DNA from: Harriotta raleighana
Taxonomy: Eukaryota
Length of the DNA stretch: 64,000 nt
Reading direction: 5' to 3'
Assembly (NCBI GenBank): GCA_050575255.1
Contig: JBNZDD010013718.1
Location: 3,343,098 to 3,407,097 of the forward strand
Shown here one piece after another: positions 62,571 through 64,000 of this stretch (position 1 is its first letter; every line of letters begins with the position of its first letter). The notes under the pieces are model-generated. The model was given only the letters and a program-made list of their open reading frames with translations, searched no databases and was not told the DNA's origin. The position numbers and the translations under genes are program-made.

Positions 62571-64000
62571 ATAACATTAATTGCTGCTTGTCAATTCAAT
62601 GCTTGGATTTGCAATAGGTAAAAATAATGTGAGTAGCAGAAGTTTATTAAATAAACAAACAGTGCTTAATTGTATCATTTGCTGTTTTTTTTAGAAACCA
62701 GATACAATATTGAAATTGCCTTCTCTGGGCACTTTAGCTATTTGCGCCTGTGTATTCCGAAAACATTTACTTAATAGGTGCCTTTGGGATACAATTAATA
62801 AGATGGTTTGTGTTTGGTTTGCAAGATATTGATATTTCTATTCAGTCTTCTGACGTTTTCTTTGTCAGTAAATTAAGGAAAGGGAGGGCCCCACCAACTT
62901 CCTACTGACTTGTGAATTTGATTCTGGCTGTATAATTTATGGCTGTTTGAAAATGTTTTCATTACAGTGAATAATCACGCATGTAAAATTGATAGATGTC
63001 AGAGAGCCTATTAAATTTATGTATATGTGGGTGGGGGGTGGGGGTCTGTGGAGGGCAAAGGGGGAATTTTCCTGATAATGTTCTCAAAGTGCTGGAAAAT
63101 GCAACATCAGTCCATTGAAGGTGTTTGGAAAGACTGTTCAAAAATCATTAGTTTGCTCATGAACATCAATGTCAAATGAGACCTATCAAGTAGACAGCCA
63201 AAAGACTGGCAGTACCATTGGAAGTGAAGTAGATGTTTTGGGTCTGTTGGTATTGCCTCTGTCACTGAGATAGTTTTCTTTTACTGGAATGTTTATTTAA
63301 CTGGATGCAACAGAAAAAGAGATTATTATTTCATCCTCTCCAGTGCTTATGCTTGTGATGGATTGAACAAAACAGGAGGAAACTGTGGCCACATTTTTAC
63401 TTCCTGACAATATGGTCTCAAAATCATTTGTATGGCAGTTGGCAACATTATTCAAGGCTGTTTCAGTAAATGACAAAATGGATCAAAGTGGAATGCTTTT
63501 CAAAATATTTTTAAAATTTTATACTCTCTGTATGTATGCCTGTGTGAATGTCTGTTGAAGCTTCCAGAATGCTACCCCATGCAAAGAACATCACATAAAT
63601 GCAAGTTGTGATTGTTGTTAAATTCGGATGTTTCAAAATAGAAGATTGCCTACATATAAATAACTAAATAAATGACAGCGAATATACCTTCAGAGAGGTA
63701 GATCCTATTTAGCCCTTTTATTGAGGACACAATTCTAAAGGCAAGAACACATCCAGATTTGGGTGGGTGGTGGTTTTGTAAAGTTACTATATAGAACATT
63801 CTTAATTTGATAAAATAATCCCAAATTAATACTTTCAGTTACACTAAAGGCAATAGGATAGAAGGTCCAAGATTCATGTTGAGAAGGGCATTTTTGGGGC
63901 CAACACCAGAGTACAGTGTAAGACATTTAGAGGTGATTGAAGTAATTCCAGAAATATGACAGCAAATGGGCCAATGGTTTTCTTAAACCAAACCTTTCTT

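Noticed and set aside
1-64000. CRISPR array, operon or prokaryotic defence system
   Set aside because: Recurring motifs such as AAATGCAAGGATTATT are dispersed SINE tails in both orientations, not regularly spaced repeats; no long ORFs; vertebrate repeat landscape

Overview
AT-rich vertebrate genomic DNA, not prokaryotic. The repeat content (tRNA-headed SINEs with L2-type tails, Deu-domain SINEs, CR1 and L2 LINE remnants) points to a cartilaginous fish, probably a holocephalan such as the elephant shark; this is an inference from recalled repeat families. I recognise no intact protein-coding gene, rRNA, tRNA or CRISPR array. The window reads as a long intron, gene desert or 5' regulatory region, and nearly all tracked ORFs are chance ORFs or TE remnants. 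Supported content: a younger tRNA-derived SINE family plus many 5'-truncated tails; older Deu-domain, AmnSINE2-like and LF-SINE-like SINEs; L2 and CR1 RT C-terminal fragments; a Tigger/pogo-like non-autonomous DNA element and small MITE-like inverted repeats; and duplications flanking single-N gaps that are probably assembly artefacts. Leads worth checking: a promoter-like/first-exon segment near 1.8-2.4 kb, a few low-confidence candidate exons, a ~78-nt hairpin at 57.2 kb, a decayed Penelope-type hammerhead-like motif at 60.5 kb, and a tail-to-tail SINE pair able to form long dsRNA. I found no convincing new biological system. TE boundaries are approximate, and family names come from memory of consensus sequences rather than a database search.
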